From Patellaria atrata CBS 101060 (lineage: Eukaryota): a stretch of DNA of 64,000 bases. The notes beneath the pieces were generated by a model, which searched no databases, had not been told where the DNA came from, and worked only from the letters and a program-made list of their open reading frames with translations. The DNA lies in NCBI GenBank assembly GCA_010093705.1, contig MU006099.1, forward strand, positions 1 to 64,000, written 5' to 3'. Shown here piece by piece: positions 1-14,069 of this stretch; the first letter of the stretch is position 1, and every line of letters begins with the position of its first letter. Made by a program: the position numbers and the translations under genes.

Positions 1-22
1 TCTACTGTTGGGGGGGGGGTAA

Positions 23-284
23 TGTGACGACTTATCACGATGCTGGTCTTGTTCCTATGTTTGGTGAGTTTGCACGAGGTCTTGGCCGGCTCGGACGCGG
101 AAGAGATCTCGTGGCTGTGATTGGTTGAACGGAAGATAGTCGGGCCGAGGCTTGGTAAGGCGGGACTGTTATAAGCGGGCATTCGGTCCATAATACAATT
201 ATTCCTTAACTTAATCTCCACACTTAGTAGTTAGTAATAGAGATAGTCAAAATACGATTACTATAGCTATACTATATTATCACA
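23..284 (+). mobile_element. 3' LTR of an LTR retrotransposon, preceded by a polypurine tract
   Basis: A G-run plus TAA (about 10-22) lies directly before TGTGAC. The segment ends ...ATCACA at 284, giving TGTGA/TCACA terminal inverted repeats. It becomes increasingly AT-rich toward the 3' end. Confidence 0.6.
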
Positions 285-1785
285 ATTATTAAATATTAAA
301 CCTCTAATTTAATTAAATATATAGCTTAAAACTTATTAAATTAATAATTATAAATTAGAACTATATTTAAATAATAATAAAGTTAAGAAAAAAGATTTAA
401 TTTAAATTTAAAGATATTAAAAGTAAATATAAATAAAATAAATATTATTATAAAAATTTATAATTAGTTAATAATTTCTACTTTTAAAAAAGAAAATAAT
501 ATAATAATATTATAAATTATTATTTTCTACTTTTCTTTATTAGTAATAGTCGTGTTAAGATTCTATTATTATATATTTAATATTAATAGATTATATAATT
601 ATAATTTCTTTTTTTTTTAATTTAATTTCTTTATATTATAGTTAGATTATATTAATTATAATCTAATTTAATTCTCTATAATCGTTATATTATTATAATT
701 ATAAATATTATATTTAATTTTTATTTTTCTAATAAATATAAATTATATATTAATTATTTTAAAATCTTTTTAAAATCTTTTTTAATTATTTTTTATTTAA
801 TTAAAAATTATTTTTAATTTATTTAAATATATTATAAATTTATTTAAATATATTATAAATTTTTTAAATTAATTTTTATCTATTTATTTTCTATTTTATA
901 TATTTAATAATTTATTTATTATATTTATTATTTTATATAATTTAAACGTAAATTCTTATAAATTAAAATTAAAAATATATTAAATAATTATTTATTATTT
1001 AATTATAATAAATTTTTAATAATTAAATTAATAATTAATTTAAATAAAAATTTATTTATATTTTTTTTTAAAGTTTTTATAAATATATATTATATATTAT
1101 AATATATTATAAATTTTAAAATTAATTTTTTTTATAAATTTAAAATATAAATTTTATTTAATCTTTTTATTAAATTTTATTATTTTATTATTATTAAAAT
1201 ATTTTATATTATAATAAAGATAATAATTATTAAAAAATTCTATAATATTTAATAATATATAATATTTTATAATATTTTATATTATTAATTTAATATTAAA
1301 ATTAACTTTTTATTATAATAATATAATTTTATATTAATATATTTAAAAAATTAATAAAAAAAATTTATTATTATTTTTATTATTTATTTATTAATTAAAC
1401 TTTTTTTTTACTTTTTAATTAAAAATTTAACTATAATTTAAATATATTAAATTTTTAATTTCTTTTAATAATAAAGTTTTTTAATAAATTATAAAGTTTT
1501 TATATTATTTTTTTTTTTATATTTTTTTAAATTTCTTTAATAATATAATAATTTATTTAAATAAATTATTAATAATAAAATAATTTCTATTAATTAAAAA
1601 TAAAATAATTAATATATAATAAATTTAAAAATTTAAAAATTTTATTTAAAAAATTTAAAGTTAAAATTTAAATAAAAAGTATTTATATAATTTATATTTT
1701 AACTTTATTTTCTTATTATAATTCTTAAAATATTATCTATAATATTGCTTTTTTTTAAAAAAAAAATAAATTTATAACTATAATA
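285..1785. repeat. Extremely AT-rich, RIP-degraded transposon relic
   Basis: Almost no C or G over 1.5 kb, TpA-rich, no ORF, flanked by transposon ends. Typical end state of repeat-induced point mutation. Confidence 0.85.
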
Positions 1786-1917
1786 AGGATTTAGATTTCC
1801 TGGATTTTTAAGTATCGAATCTAAATCCAATCCACGACTAGTCGAAACTAAATCCACGTCAAATCGCGTTGAAAATTCAGTCTAGATCCATTTGAAGCCA
1901 ATCCACGGCTATCACTG
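1786..1917 (-). mobile_element. Probable DNA-transposon end (hAT-like) with subterminal repeats
   Basis: The reverse complement starts CAGTGATAGCCGTGGATTGG. Repeated AATCCA/TGGATT motifs follow. It forms the sharp boundary of the AT-rich block. Confidence 0.45.
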
Positions 1918-2191
1918 AGTTCAGGTGTACTACGCCAACATTTTTGCGGCGTCTTCCAAATTATGGAGTAGAGTAAAGATGCTATATTGCGTCTATATAC
2001 TTGAACTCTTTTTCTTTGTCACTTTTAGTTCTCCAGGTCTCGTTAGCCTGAACTACTCAGTCGAAGTTGTCTACGAATAACATCTTCCTTTTACTAACGT
2101 AGAATCCCCTTTTCCTGATTTGGCAAATACTCCTCGCTGGTTGACTGTCCTAAGGGACCGTATTTCTCTTCTAGTAGCGTTATTATCTATC

Positions 2192-4927
2192 ATGGCTTGG
2201 GAATGCCTTCAAGATGTTTTGAAAACTATCGACACCTCAAGACCATCGCGTGGTCTTCCAATCTATCCCGTTGGGAATACATCTACACCCACAGCACTCA
2301 GTTATAGAAGCTTGTATGTACAAGCAAAGAAGCTAGGACGAAAACTGCAATTACTCGATAGTTACAAGTGCGGCTCTCCCGTACTTCTCCATCTGGAGGA
2401 TCACTGGGACATAATCCTTTGGTACTGCGCGATACTCCTTGTAGATGGCCTTCCAGTTATCTCCTCGCCATTCAGCCACATTACGGAGCATCGAAAAAGC
2501 CATATCCAACACCTTTCCCCCCTTTTTGTGTCTTCAATATGCATAATTAGAACGAAGCTTATTCATATGTTCGGCAAAGAGCATTGTTTGAAACTGTACT
2601 CGATTGAGTCATTACTTGATAGACTTACGTATCAACGGGCTACCCGATCAATGAAGCGACGCAATGACGACCTCGCTATATTAATGCTTACTTCGGGCAG
2701 TACTGGAAATGCAAAAGCGGTACAGTTGACCCACAAACAAGTCCTCGCAGCAGTATCTGGGAAGGCATCCGTACGACAACTTCCCAGAGATAAACCGTTC
2801 CTGAACTGGATCGGGCTCGACCACGTGGCGAGCTTAGTCGAAATCCATCTCCAAGCATTGTATCTAGGAGTAGACCAAATCCATGTACATGCCGTGGATG
2901 TAGTCGCCTCACCTTCAACATTTTTGGATCTCCTCAGCCATCATCAGGTATCACGCTCCTTCATACCCAAATTCTTCCTTGGGAAGATAGTCTCGGTGGT
3001 GAGGTCAAAGGAACTCCAACCGCATTCCACACCTTGGGACTTGAGATATCTTTCTGTACTTGCTTCTGGAGGCGAAGCCAACGATGCAGAGACGTGTGTA
3101 CAGGCATCTAGTCTCCTCGTATTGTTTGGAGCTCCTAAAAATGTGATAACCCCTGGATTCGGCATGACGGAAACTTGTGCAGGAGCTATTTTCAACCTCG
3201 ACTGTCCGAGCTATGAGCTCCCCCATGAGCTTTCTTATGCATCGCTGGGGAATTTTATGAAGGGTATCGAGATGCGAGCTGATACGTCCGGTCATCTCGA
3301 GGTTCGTAACAAGGTCGTATTTCAGGGCTCCTACTACAATGAACAAGCCACTTTAGAAGCATTCACGTTAGACGGCTAGTTTCGGACCGGCGATATTTGG
3401 AATCATTGATGCTGAAGGAAATCTCACCCTAGCTAGTAGGGCTAACGAGACTTTTAATATCAATGGAATCAAGTTTAACGCTTCGGGGGTACAGGCGTTA
3501 GTGGAGCAGGTGGTGGGAACAAAGATAAGATACTTAGTTACGTTTGCCAGTCGGTCCACAAAATCGCATACGGAACAGGTCATCGTTATTTACTTACCAA
3601 AGGAGCAACCGATAACCGCCCAGGAGTTGGTTGATATCGACGACTCGATCATCAAAGCCGTCATGACTTTAACAAGCATTAGGCCTTTTGTGTTTGCCTT
3701 CGACGACGAGGCTCTACTTCCCAAATCGACAATAGGAAAAATATCGAAAGCGAAGGCACGGATACTGTTCGAAGACGGGTTCTTCGCAGAACAGATCGAG
3801 CTTCACGACCACCTCATAGAAAACCAGAGATCCCGAACCCGAACCGCACCCGCCAACACCACCGAAGCCCTCCTCCTTGCCGATATCGCCGAGGTTCTAT
3901 CCATCCCGCCCTCACGACCAGGAGTCGAAACCCCATCTTCGACACGGGCCTCACATCCTTCGACCTGATCCGATTCAAACGCCGGCTTGAAACCCGCCTC
4001 GACCTCGACATCCCCCTCATAACATTCATGACCTCCTCAACTGCGCGTCTCTTCTCGAACGCCCTTGAAAAACTCACCACAAACACAGCACCCAACCCCT
4101 AGGACCCAGTCGTGACCCTCCGCCCCACCGGTCCCAAAATACCTCTCTGGCTCATCCACTCCGGCGTCGGCGAAATACTCGTCTTCCTCCCTCTAACCCA
4201 GCACCTCCCCTCGCGCCCCATCTACGCCCTCCACGCCCACGGCTTCGACGGCGAGCCGCCGTTTCCCTCCATCGCCGCGGCCGTGGAGACCTACTACGCC
4301 GCCATCAAACGTCGGCAGCCGCACGGCCCCTACGCCATCGCGGGCTACAGCTACGGTGGCATGCTCGCGTTCGAGCTCGGCAAACAGCTTGAAGCGGAGG
4401 GTGCCGAGGTCAAGTTCCTCGCGACTTTTAACCTGCCGCCGCATATTAAGACGCGCATGCGGCAGCTTAGCTGGAACCTATGTCTGCTGCACCTCACCAC
4501 GTTTCTCGAACTAATAAGCCAAGCGCGCGCAGACGCCTTCGAGGACTCTCTCGCTGCTATCCGCGCAGCCGAGGCGGTGGAAACCGTACTAGTGGTTGCG
4601 GATGAGGGGTGTATGGTTGACCTGGCGCTGTCGCCCGAGGGACTAATGACGTGGGCGGACGTGGCGTTCGGGCTGCAGAGTATGGCGGTCGAGTATGAGC
4701 CGGCGGGGAGGGTGGGGCGGATGGATGTTTTTCATGCTGTTCCGCTGAAGATAGTGGCGAGGTCGAGGGAGGAGTGGGTGCGTAATCATTTGGGGAGGTG
4801 GGGGGAGTTTTGTGGGGATGTGAGGTTGCATGAGGTCGGGGGCGAGCATTATACCGTGCTGGGTCCTGAGCATGTGGGGAGGTTTGCGGAGGTGTTGGAG
4901 AGGGCGTTGGTGGGGAGGGGGGTGTGA
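2192..4927 (+). pseudogene. NRPS-like A-T-TE enzyme (aryl-keto-acid dimerising MicA/ApvA/AtrA type), disrupted
   Basis: A-domain motifs LMLTSGSTGNAKAV, NWIGLDHVASL and PGFGMTETCAG. T domain FDTGLTSFDL (shifted frame, about 3935-3970). TE motif GYSYGG plus GEHYTVL. Lesions: TAG at 3377-3379 in DG*FRTGD, frameshift near 3397, frameshift near 3932, TAG at 4100-4102 (*DPVV). Confidence 0.9.
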
Positions 4928-5472
4928 TAGTGTTTTATGGTATAGGGGATGGGATGACATCTTTTCTTCATCTGAGGTTGTAGTGATTTTGTGACTTTCC
5001 GTGCTCTTTTGGCTGTTTGCAATATGTATTTACAATATTCCTAAGGTATCAGAAGTGTAATAAGTTCATAGTACTGTTATCCATGCTGAGTACGTGCTCT
5101 TAACTTGATATTTGGTAAGGTCGTTGGAGAAATAAATTTTGACTTTTAGTCAGCTTATTTTCTGCTATACATGACTATTTCTGCCAAAGTGGGAGAATAT
5201 AATCTCACCAGGGGAGATGACGATGCAACATACAGGCTGCTTGATGAACATTCTGATGAAAATCCGGTTTATTCACGGCGATTATTTCACGCTCTAGAAG
5301 ACCACGGTTCGAGATGGGACAAAGTTGATTTCACAATATTAGATAAAAAGCGTAGCAGAAAGACTGAATCATCAAGGGAATGTATGCATACTCAATCATA
5401 TTTTCCATTACACATTTATACATGATCTTCATTCCCCCAATCAAACCCTTACCCCACAGCCTCGCACCCCAT

Positions 5473-6187
<715 letters not shown>

Positions 6188-6277
6188 TTTGATAGTGAGT
6201 GGCTAAGGCTGATGTTGTTCAAGTGAAGAGCTGCTGTTGATCGATTGATGCTCCTTCACAGAGAGCGGATCTCCTTG

Positions 6278-6284
6278 CTTTTAT
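6278..6284 (-). promoter_or_regulatory. TATA box of the xylanase gene
   Basis: TATAAAA on the minus strand about 90 bp upstream of the ATG. Confidence 0.55.
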
Positions 6285-8588
6285 AATTTGTTTTTTTGCC
6301 ATCAGTGTCATGGTTCCCGGTTGGGATTGACGTTTTACTACGACCTTTCAGTATCGCTACCCGACGATAGATGATGGCAATATATCGCTCGTTGAATGAG
6401 AAGTGGACAGTTATTGGACAACCCCGCTGTCGAGTGCCATCCAGGAACTGAGTAATATCGTGATAGTCCATACAAACAACATATGGGAACGGAATGACGG
6501 ATGGCGCGACGTAATGTAGTACTGTACAGTACCTGGCATATCCTCGCAATGATCATCAGGTTTAATGACCCCGCTCTTTTTCAACCACAAAACATCTTCA
6601 AAGTACTGAAAATCTACTATTGATGTTTTTTTGGTAACCCGATGGTTACGACTATACAATGCTTTGATGCGGTTAAAAGCAGTGGCACCTAAGGCGAGTT
6701 ACGCCTCAATGGCGGAAAATCAATCCACAACGGCTTTTTCGCTCGGAGTAGATGACCGCGTGGGCATAACCTAAAGGACATTCCCCAGAATCCCCAGATT
6801 TTCGAATTTTACCCGGTGGTTAAATGACCCCTGGCGAGACTCGAATCGCGGAGCAGGTTGTAAGGCGTCACAGCGTCAATCTATTGTGAACAGTACCAGT
6901 ACGGAATTGAATAACAAACTTGCTCTTCTCTGGCTAGATGCATCATGAATACAGTTGTTCCTCGGTAGGAATATATCGTTCGGCAGCCGGTAACGACAAC
7001 CGGGGACTATTGCTAATCTTGCCGAGTATTGACGTGCCACGAGTGCTATACTTCGTGGAGAGATGCATGATCATCGGATTACTCGCATGAAAGGTCCACT
7101 CGATCCTCTCATCTCCCACTGTGGTTTTATGTACACGTCCGTACAGGTGCAATAACTTGTTTCGAAACCAGTGGATAGATGGTGAACTTTGGCCACTGTA
7201 TGCTATACCCGGAAGATCTGGTGTAAGTCTCTGACGGTAGGAAAATCGGCTCTTGGAATCCAGGTCATCCTGAAATCTAGAGTGATTCTGCCATCGTAAT
7301 CGATGATCACCAGATCTCGTGCTGGTGGTGTATGGCCAAATAACTATAGAGAAGCCAGTGAATTTTTCGTCGTTCTTGCCCGAGTTTCTTCCCATATTAT
7401 CGATCCTGCTGAATAATTATTGCGATCGCTACAGGGAAAACTTTTCAAAGTACTTTAGAACCTACAGTGATTGATCAGTTATATACTCCTTGCGGTACAG
7501 CTGCACTGAGCAACAGAACTATGCCCAACTACTGCGTAGCTTTAAGAAGACGCGTATCGCTTGAATTACTGAACAAATTTCTCGTGTACACCTGAAGCTG
7601 AAGGAGCCGCAAGAGAGCGTTTTTGGCGATGTAGTGGACTTTAAGTATGCGTTAAGGAACACGGCTATCCACACCTAAAATCTTATCTCTGCCCGCCACG
7701 CCCGCTATCTTCTTGGGCCGCATCTTGGGGTCAAGGGGTCAAGGGTGCATCGTAAACACAGCCAAGATGACCACCACAATTTCAGAACTTCATCTGGAGA
7801 AGACACCCTCCCTGAACGACCAAGACTTAGCTTTCAAAGACGTTAAAATCACAAAAAGTATTCAGATTCCACAGAAATTTTGATAGATATAACGCAGAGA
7901 ATCAAAATCAAGACTAATGTAGTGATCTGTTAGCCCTGGGATTGATTCTATCACCTTTCAAAGTTTGATTAACATGCCTATTGTAGTATTACCCATTGTA
8001 GAATTCTGCTTAAACTGAAGGTATACTAGTAGTTTCTCTCTGCAAACCTTGGACGTCTCCGGCCATTGAATCTAAAATATATTTTAGAGTCAGCTATAAA
8101 CCAAAATCTAGTAGAAATTTGTTCCGAAAGACAACTCCCGGTAGAGCTCTCGATAGGCGACAAACTCCCGAAATAGCAGCACCCACCTAAGACGTTTGGC
8201 ATTCGTTTGGCATTTCTTGACCAATGGGCCTTGGGAATTTTGGCTTGAACAGTTGATTCCAAGACCTTATACTCCAAGAGGCATACAGCGAACACTTTCT
8301 ACATATTATCTTCCCGTCTTCATGACGTTAGAGGTGCCTTGGCTGTAGTTCTAAGGTGTGATGATTGTGTCAAGTTCCGACCCTTAACATACGACTGTGC
8401 TAACTCTAGAATTAGAAACCTGGTGCCTCGAATCCTGATGTGATGAGAGGAAGATGCGTAGGGTTAAGATCTTTAGGACGAGGAGGACAAGGGTGGAAAA
8501 GAGGAATAGCATCATAATAGTGTATTAGTGGATCAGTATCTGCAAACAACCGGTACCCTACGTTCCCTTACTCCATACCTCTACCCTC

Positions 8589-10861
8589 TCATAAACTCTG
8601 CAGCGTTTGCAATGCCGCACTCGCGCTAGCAGCCGCCTGTTGGGCTGCCGCCTCCATACCCTTCACATCGCCCTCAACTCCCTCATGAACCGCCGCTGCT
8701 GCCAATCCCTCAAGCCCCAAGAGCGGCGCAACACCCTGCAACTGCTCCTTGATCGCAGCCATCCATTCAGGGGCTAACCTTAAGGCGCTCAAACCACTAA
8801 CCAGTCTCCCACCAAGATCAGTAGCGGCCTCACTGTACGCAGGAATCTGTGCGAGCTGGCGGAGCGCGTTCGCGGCCTCCCATGCAAACTGGTGGCCTAG
8901 AGGAGAGTAGCCGCTCCGGCTGGACAAGACATCGACGAGGTTGCCCACAAGAGGCACGAGGGACGGGTTGGCCTGGGACGAGCGGGACCGCGCGAGACGC
9001 ACCTTCGTGTACCAGTATGCGAGGGACACGACTGAAGCAGTGGCGAAGATGCCCTGGTCGAAGTCCTCTCGGAAGCGCTGGAGCTGGCCTTCAATGGCTT
9101 CGTACAGGTTATCACGCATGCAGGCGAGGAGATCGGATTGGTACGCGTCGAAGCCTGCCTCGGCGAAGGAGTGCCAGGTACGGTTTGCTTTAAGGATTTC
9201 GCGGAGGATAAACGCGACGCGTACAAGTTGGTACGTCTCATCTGGGAGATTTGATTTGTCCTTTCCCGCGAGTTCTGGTGGCATAGAAAGGAGAGGAGCG
9301 GAAGATGTACGCGCTGCAGCGAAGGTGTCTATGATGAATATGCTCCAGTACACCTGGCGGCTGTAATTTTCTAACCCTTGGTCATACTCCATGTAGCTGC
9401 CTATGGTATTTAGATGACAAAACTTTTCCCCATGCGATACTGCTTGTGGAAGCCATTGCCCCATGAATTCAACGTTAAACCGGCCGATATCCGTACTGAC
9501 AGCCATTAATAGCGCAATCCGCGTGACTTCAAGATCAAATCTGGTCTTATTGGCTAGTCTTTCCTTAGAACCGGTTTCGTTGAGGTTGTTCTGTACAATT
9601 ATTTCATTTGCTCTGAGCTTCTGGGGATGATCCATACTGGATACAGCCGAGATCAGTGCGGTAGAGACGGACTCTAGCATGGCATGTGACAAGCCCTTAA
9701 CACCCTGAGCAAACTCAACAGGAAATCCCTCAAGAATTGGAAATGTCGCATGAATTGATTGGAAGTACCTATGGATCATATTAGAATATGGTTGTTGTGA
9801 TTTGTCTACCTACCAAAAAGGATAGTCCTGACAGAGATGAGGTTCCCTGATAAACATACCTAGTCATAACGACATCAGGGACACCAAAATCCTCCGCGCC
9901 AGTGGGAAGTGAAGAGTCGGTATAATTCAGCGCTGAAGGCATAAAGGTGGTAGGGTGAGACGGGCTGTGATAGTAAGAGGGTGGAAGGTGGTTATTCGCC
10001 AAGTCGCCCATATCGAAGGGTTCTCGTTTACGCTTTGTTATTGCAACCGGAAGTCCACTTGGTCCTTCCCCTTGAAGGGAATCAACATTTTGTTTAACAC
10101 CTGTGAAATTTTCTACCACTGCTAGGCGCTCACTGAGATGGTTGATATATCCCTTATTAGGTCCACGTTTCTGAGTGGGCCTATCATAGGTGCAAGAAGT
10201 ATTGGTGCGTCGGCATCGATTGCAAGCAAAAGGTGCATCGTTAGTCATCTCGGCATCCTCTGCATCACATTTGACCTTAAGCGGAAATCAGTTTCATGAA
10301 ATTGATAGATACTAACAAAAGACAAACCTTTTTGCGACGACATTCATCGCAAGCACGTGATGCCTTGGTACGTTTACGTGCAGCGTTCTGATCAGGTGTG
10401 GCCAGGGGGTTAGAATAGTCAGTGGGACTATCCTGAGTGGGACTGGCTAGCGCGTAATTTGTGCTTTGCTGAGGTTCAGTCGTCATGATGTAGTTGTGCA
10501 TAGGTGCTGTGGTCTGAGTCAGGCCTTGAACCTGAGGAGGTGCAGTCATGAGCAGTGAATGGACTGGTGCAGTAGCAGCCATAGTTGGCGAAGTAGACGT
10601 GTAAGCTGGAGACGCGGTCGCATAATTGGTGGTGTGATCGGCATAGCTAGAAGGAGGTTCAGGATAAGAAAATTGCATTGCATCTTGATCAGTATTGTTG
10701 TCTTCGTTGACTCGATGAGTGTGGTTCTGCTGATGATTTTGACTGGAGACGTCCGACCGTTCACTGGCTTGGACTTGGTCATTTGATGTTGATGCGGCGG
10801 CCCAAATGTTTGGACCCCTGTCAGCCGTAGATGGAGACGGGTAACGATTATAACCTTCCAT
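8589..10861 (-). CDS. Zn(II)2Cys6 transcription factor, Rgt1-like family; introns 10276-10327 and 9769-9859
   Basis: Spliced zinc cluster RKRTKASRACDECRRKK|VKCD...CNRCRRTNTSCTYDRPTQKRGPNKGYI. Fungal TF middle homology region (YFQSIHATFPIL, RQVYWSIFIID). Canonical splice sites restore the frame. The start codon is uncertain. Confidence 0.88.
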
Positions 10862-12282
10862 CTCGCAAACGGATAAGCTGTCTGACCCGGGCGGAGAAAT
10901 GATTTTGCGACTGGCGAAAGGAAACAAGTTGAATTTTTAATGTGAGTGGTGTTTCAGGCTTGGCAAGAAAATTTGAGCACGTGGTTACCAGTAGGTCGTG
11001 ATTCACAAAAGTGGAATTACGAAAGGAAGTCACAAACGACTTCGATCCAGATGAGTAATATAACAAGCTGACTCCGTTGACTATTATCGAGCTCCGGTTG
11101 AGGTAATATTGCTCACAGTGCCCAGCGGTCAATAGTGTAACATAGTACGAGCATTAGGAGGAAAAGTCGAGATAAAAAGCATGATGAAGCAGGGATTGAG
11201 ATAGATGGTAGAGTGAAGTTACCTAGATCCTTGATGATTAGACAAAATAAATGTTGAGATGGGAACGCGATTAGATGAACGTGATGGAAATTGATGACTG
11301 CGAACGCAGAGTTTCTCATCCCTCTTACAACGCCTTACGCAATTTGCACTAGCGTTAACAGCGGGAGGAAAATTCCAACTGTCGGTAGGCAAGCTTCTAC
11401 AATTTGTGTACGACGACATGATGAACATGGTGGTCCTTTTTTCCTACAAAAGCTCTGCTGAGGTTGATCAAGGGGAGTTTGGCTGAATTTGCAGTAGATG
11501 ATGGGAGGTTTGTTCGGAGAGGAATAACGTACCTACGAATGTTTCCGATATCCCTACGCGTATCGGTGAATGGATTTTTGGTTCTTCCTTTCTCCATTTC
11601 TCACTATACTCGACTGGGCAATTTGGCCTAGAACTTCAGTTCCGCTATTCTAATCCTCAAGCAAAGCAACAAGATTTTATTTAGGTTATAATCTCTGTCC
11701 CCTACTCCGAGTGATGCACTGTGCGATGCAAGCGGCCGGCGCAGCATCAACAGTTCAACATAGCCAGGCAACACCGTTTACGAGAAGATCAACGAATAAG
11801 AACAGACTACTAGCCGCAAGATGCAAGATGAGCGTCCATATTTCTGCCCTTCACCAGCTTGTACAAGGCCACCTGATGGAGTGTTATTTTTCTATCATGT
11901 ACGCCAGACGAAGATTTTGATAGAAGTGGTTTCGGGATGGAAGGCATCTCCTACCTATTTCTGGCAGTCAAGAATTCTTCCAAAGCAACTCTACTAGAAG
12001 CATCTGGGATTATATCAGGAGGGATGGTACTTTTAGAACTACTCATTGCTCTCAAGTCGACTAGCAAAATTAACGAGAAGCTTCAGGTTGTCTGCCTAAT
12101 AGTAGCCTAGTTCTTTCTGAAGTCCTTGACCATGGCTTAGCCATCAACCGAACTCGATCCCCCCTAGTAGATATTCTGTAGATGCCAAATTGTGTATTAT
12201 AGTTAGTTGATGGTGCTATCGGTCAGCAACCTTGTGTGTACATAGTGATAGGAATACTTAATGATGGCATGAATCCTAAGAA

Positions 12283-12974
12283 CTACGGTACGAACCGTGC
12301 TGGGAGATGATACGGGCACTTTAGAACGTACTTTTAGTTCTAGACTAAGTAAGGAACTACTGTATGCCCAGAGGAGCTATCTAGGGCCCGTATATTCTAA
12401 GCCCCATGCAGATAATACGTGTTCTACACCAAAATATTATGTCGCGTCGAGTCCTCGTCGCCTCCCCCTTCGTGAAGCTGAAATCTCCTAAATAAAGTCG
12501 ATATATAGGATGTTTGCGGTGTTACAGAAGGCGATATATTCCTTTAGGCACTTAGACGCCTACGCTGGGGCTGTTAAGGGCCTAAAATCCATCAACTCCC
12601 CCCCGTACGTGGATAATACTGCGTCATCTCCGGCTGGTTATATTACGCGACTGGCTCCACCACCTCTTCCATCTCTTTCAGGCACTGGAGCCGATACGTC
12701 GTCGTTGCCGACCTGCCTAGCCGTATCAAACAGCACCGAGATCTCCGTCAAAGTCTATACTGAAGAGGGGAAGATATAATCAAAAACACCAAAAATTATT
12801 GTTTATAAAGGAAAAATTTAGGGAGGCGACGACGAGGTGTATAATATTTTGGTGTAGAATACGTATTATCTCTTAGATAGCTCCTCTGGGTATACAGTAG
12901 TTCCTTAGTTAGTCTGGAACTAAAAGTACGTTCTGAAGTGCCCGTATCATCACCGTGCATACCGTATACCGTAG
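12283..12974. mobile_element. Non-autonomous element with long terminal inverted repeats (MITE/MULE-like)
   Basis: 12306-12466 is the reverse complement of 12821-12951 apart from one indel of about 24 bp. Several mismatches are CA>TA or TG>TA (RIP type). Confidence 0.75.
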
Positions 12975-14069
12975 AAGCATTCATTACAGCATGAACGGCA
13001 TTTTGGAAAGATTTCAGCGTCTTCTGCCTCTAGATCGCTACACTTCACTTTGATTATTGATTACTCTTTTGAACTCTCTTGATGAGTGCGCCTTAATAAG
13101 AGCTTGATGAGTCGAAAGGACCGGTGTGTGGAGAGAGAGGCATTGAGGCTTTGGGAGGGTTATGGTGGCTTAGAGTGATGGCCGTTTTGTCGTTTCGGGC
13201 TTTTGGCGAGACAGAATCGGCAAGCGTGAGCAAGCAGCCAGAGACACCGGCTACCTACCAAAGTACCCCCAAAGGAACCCCTCCCCCGGTGACCCTCCCA
13301 GCTAGCGAGAAGTAGGACTGGAAAGCTCCCAAAAGACATAAAGCACGACAACTTTTTGTTATCAAGTTCTGCCCGTTAAACAGTTCAACTAATTCGTTCC
13401 TGAAGCTTCTTCTTTTCCCTCTCGCTGTTGTGCTACTATTTGTCTCGTTAGCTATAACCTCCGGACCTTATAACATCAAGTCGTAGCAGCCTCTTTCCTT
13501 TTACTTTAACCGCCAAACGATCATTTACGCACCATAGCTTCCTCTACCTGGTCATCTCCGTCATTCGGGAACAGTCACATGGAGAGGCCGCCTCGAAAGC
13601 TCGACCTCAACATCTTCCCATCTTGATTGCTCGCATCCGCTTGACACTTGCCTTCCAACCACTTAACTCTATCCACGTCCCATTCTCTGCATTATTCTGC
13701 CCGCCTGTGTAACGACGAGAGTACTCTTTCTTGTACTTTGATCTTCAACTTGAACTGATCGGTTATCTTCCTGCTTATCTCCGAATCAGATCCTATCACC
13801 AGCATAGTGGAAAGCATGGCTGCTGCCTGAGTGCTACGGCATCAAGCATTCGATTCGGACTGGAATCCTTCTCAAGTCACTCTGTCTGGACCTCATTGCC
13901 CTCCTTTTTACTCATACACCCTTCGTTCCTATTTTCAACCATCACAGCCTTCCGTAATGGAGCTCGAGCGACCCACCTTTGAACATACCATCCATCACGA
14001 GCAATATCCGTAAATTGACAGTACATTTCAAAATTACAAGGGGAGGAGGAGAAAAAGGTAGACGAAAAG

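Noticed and set aside
285..1785. Possible centromere, mitochondrial insertion or replication origin
   Set aside because: Bounded by transposon ends, with TpA-rich RIP character and no organellar gene remnants. Too little context to call a centromere.
6201..6206. GGCTAA XlnR site upstream of the xylanase
   Set aside because: It lies between the TATA box and the ATG, in the presumed 5' UTR, and a single hexamer is weak evidence.
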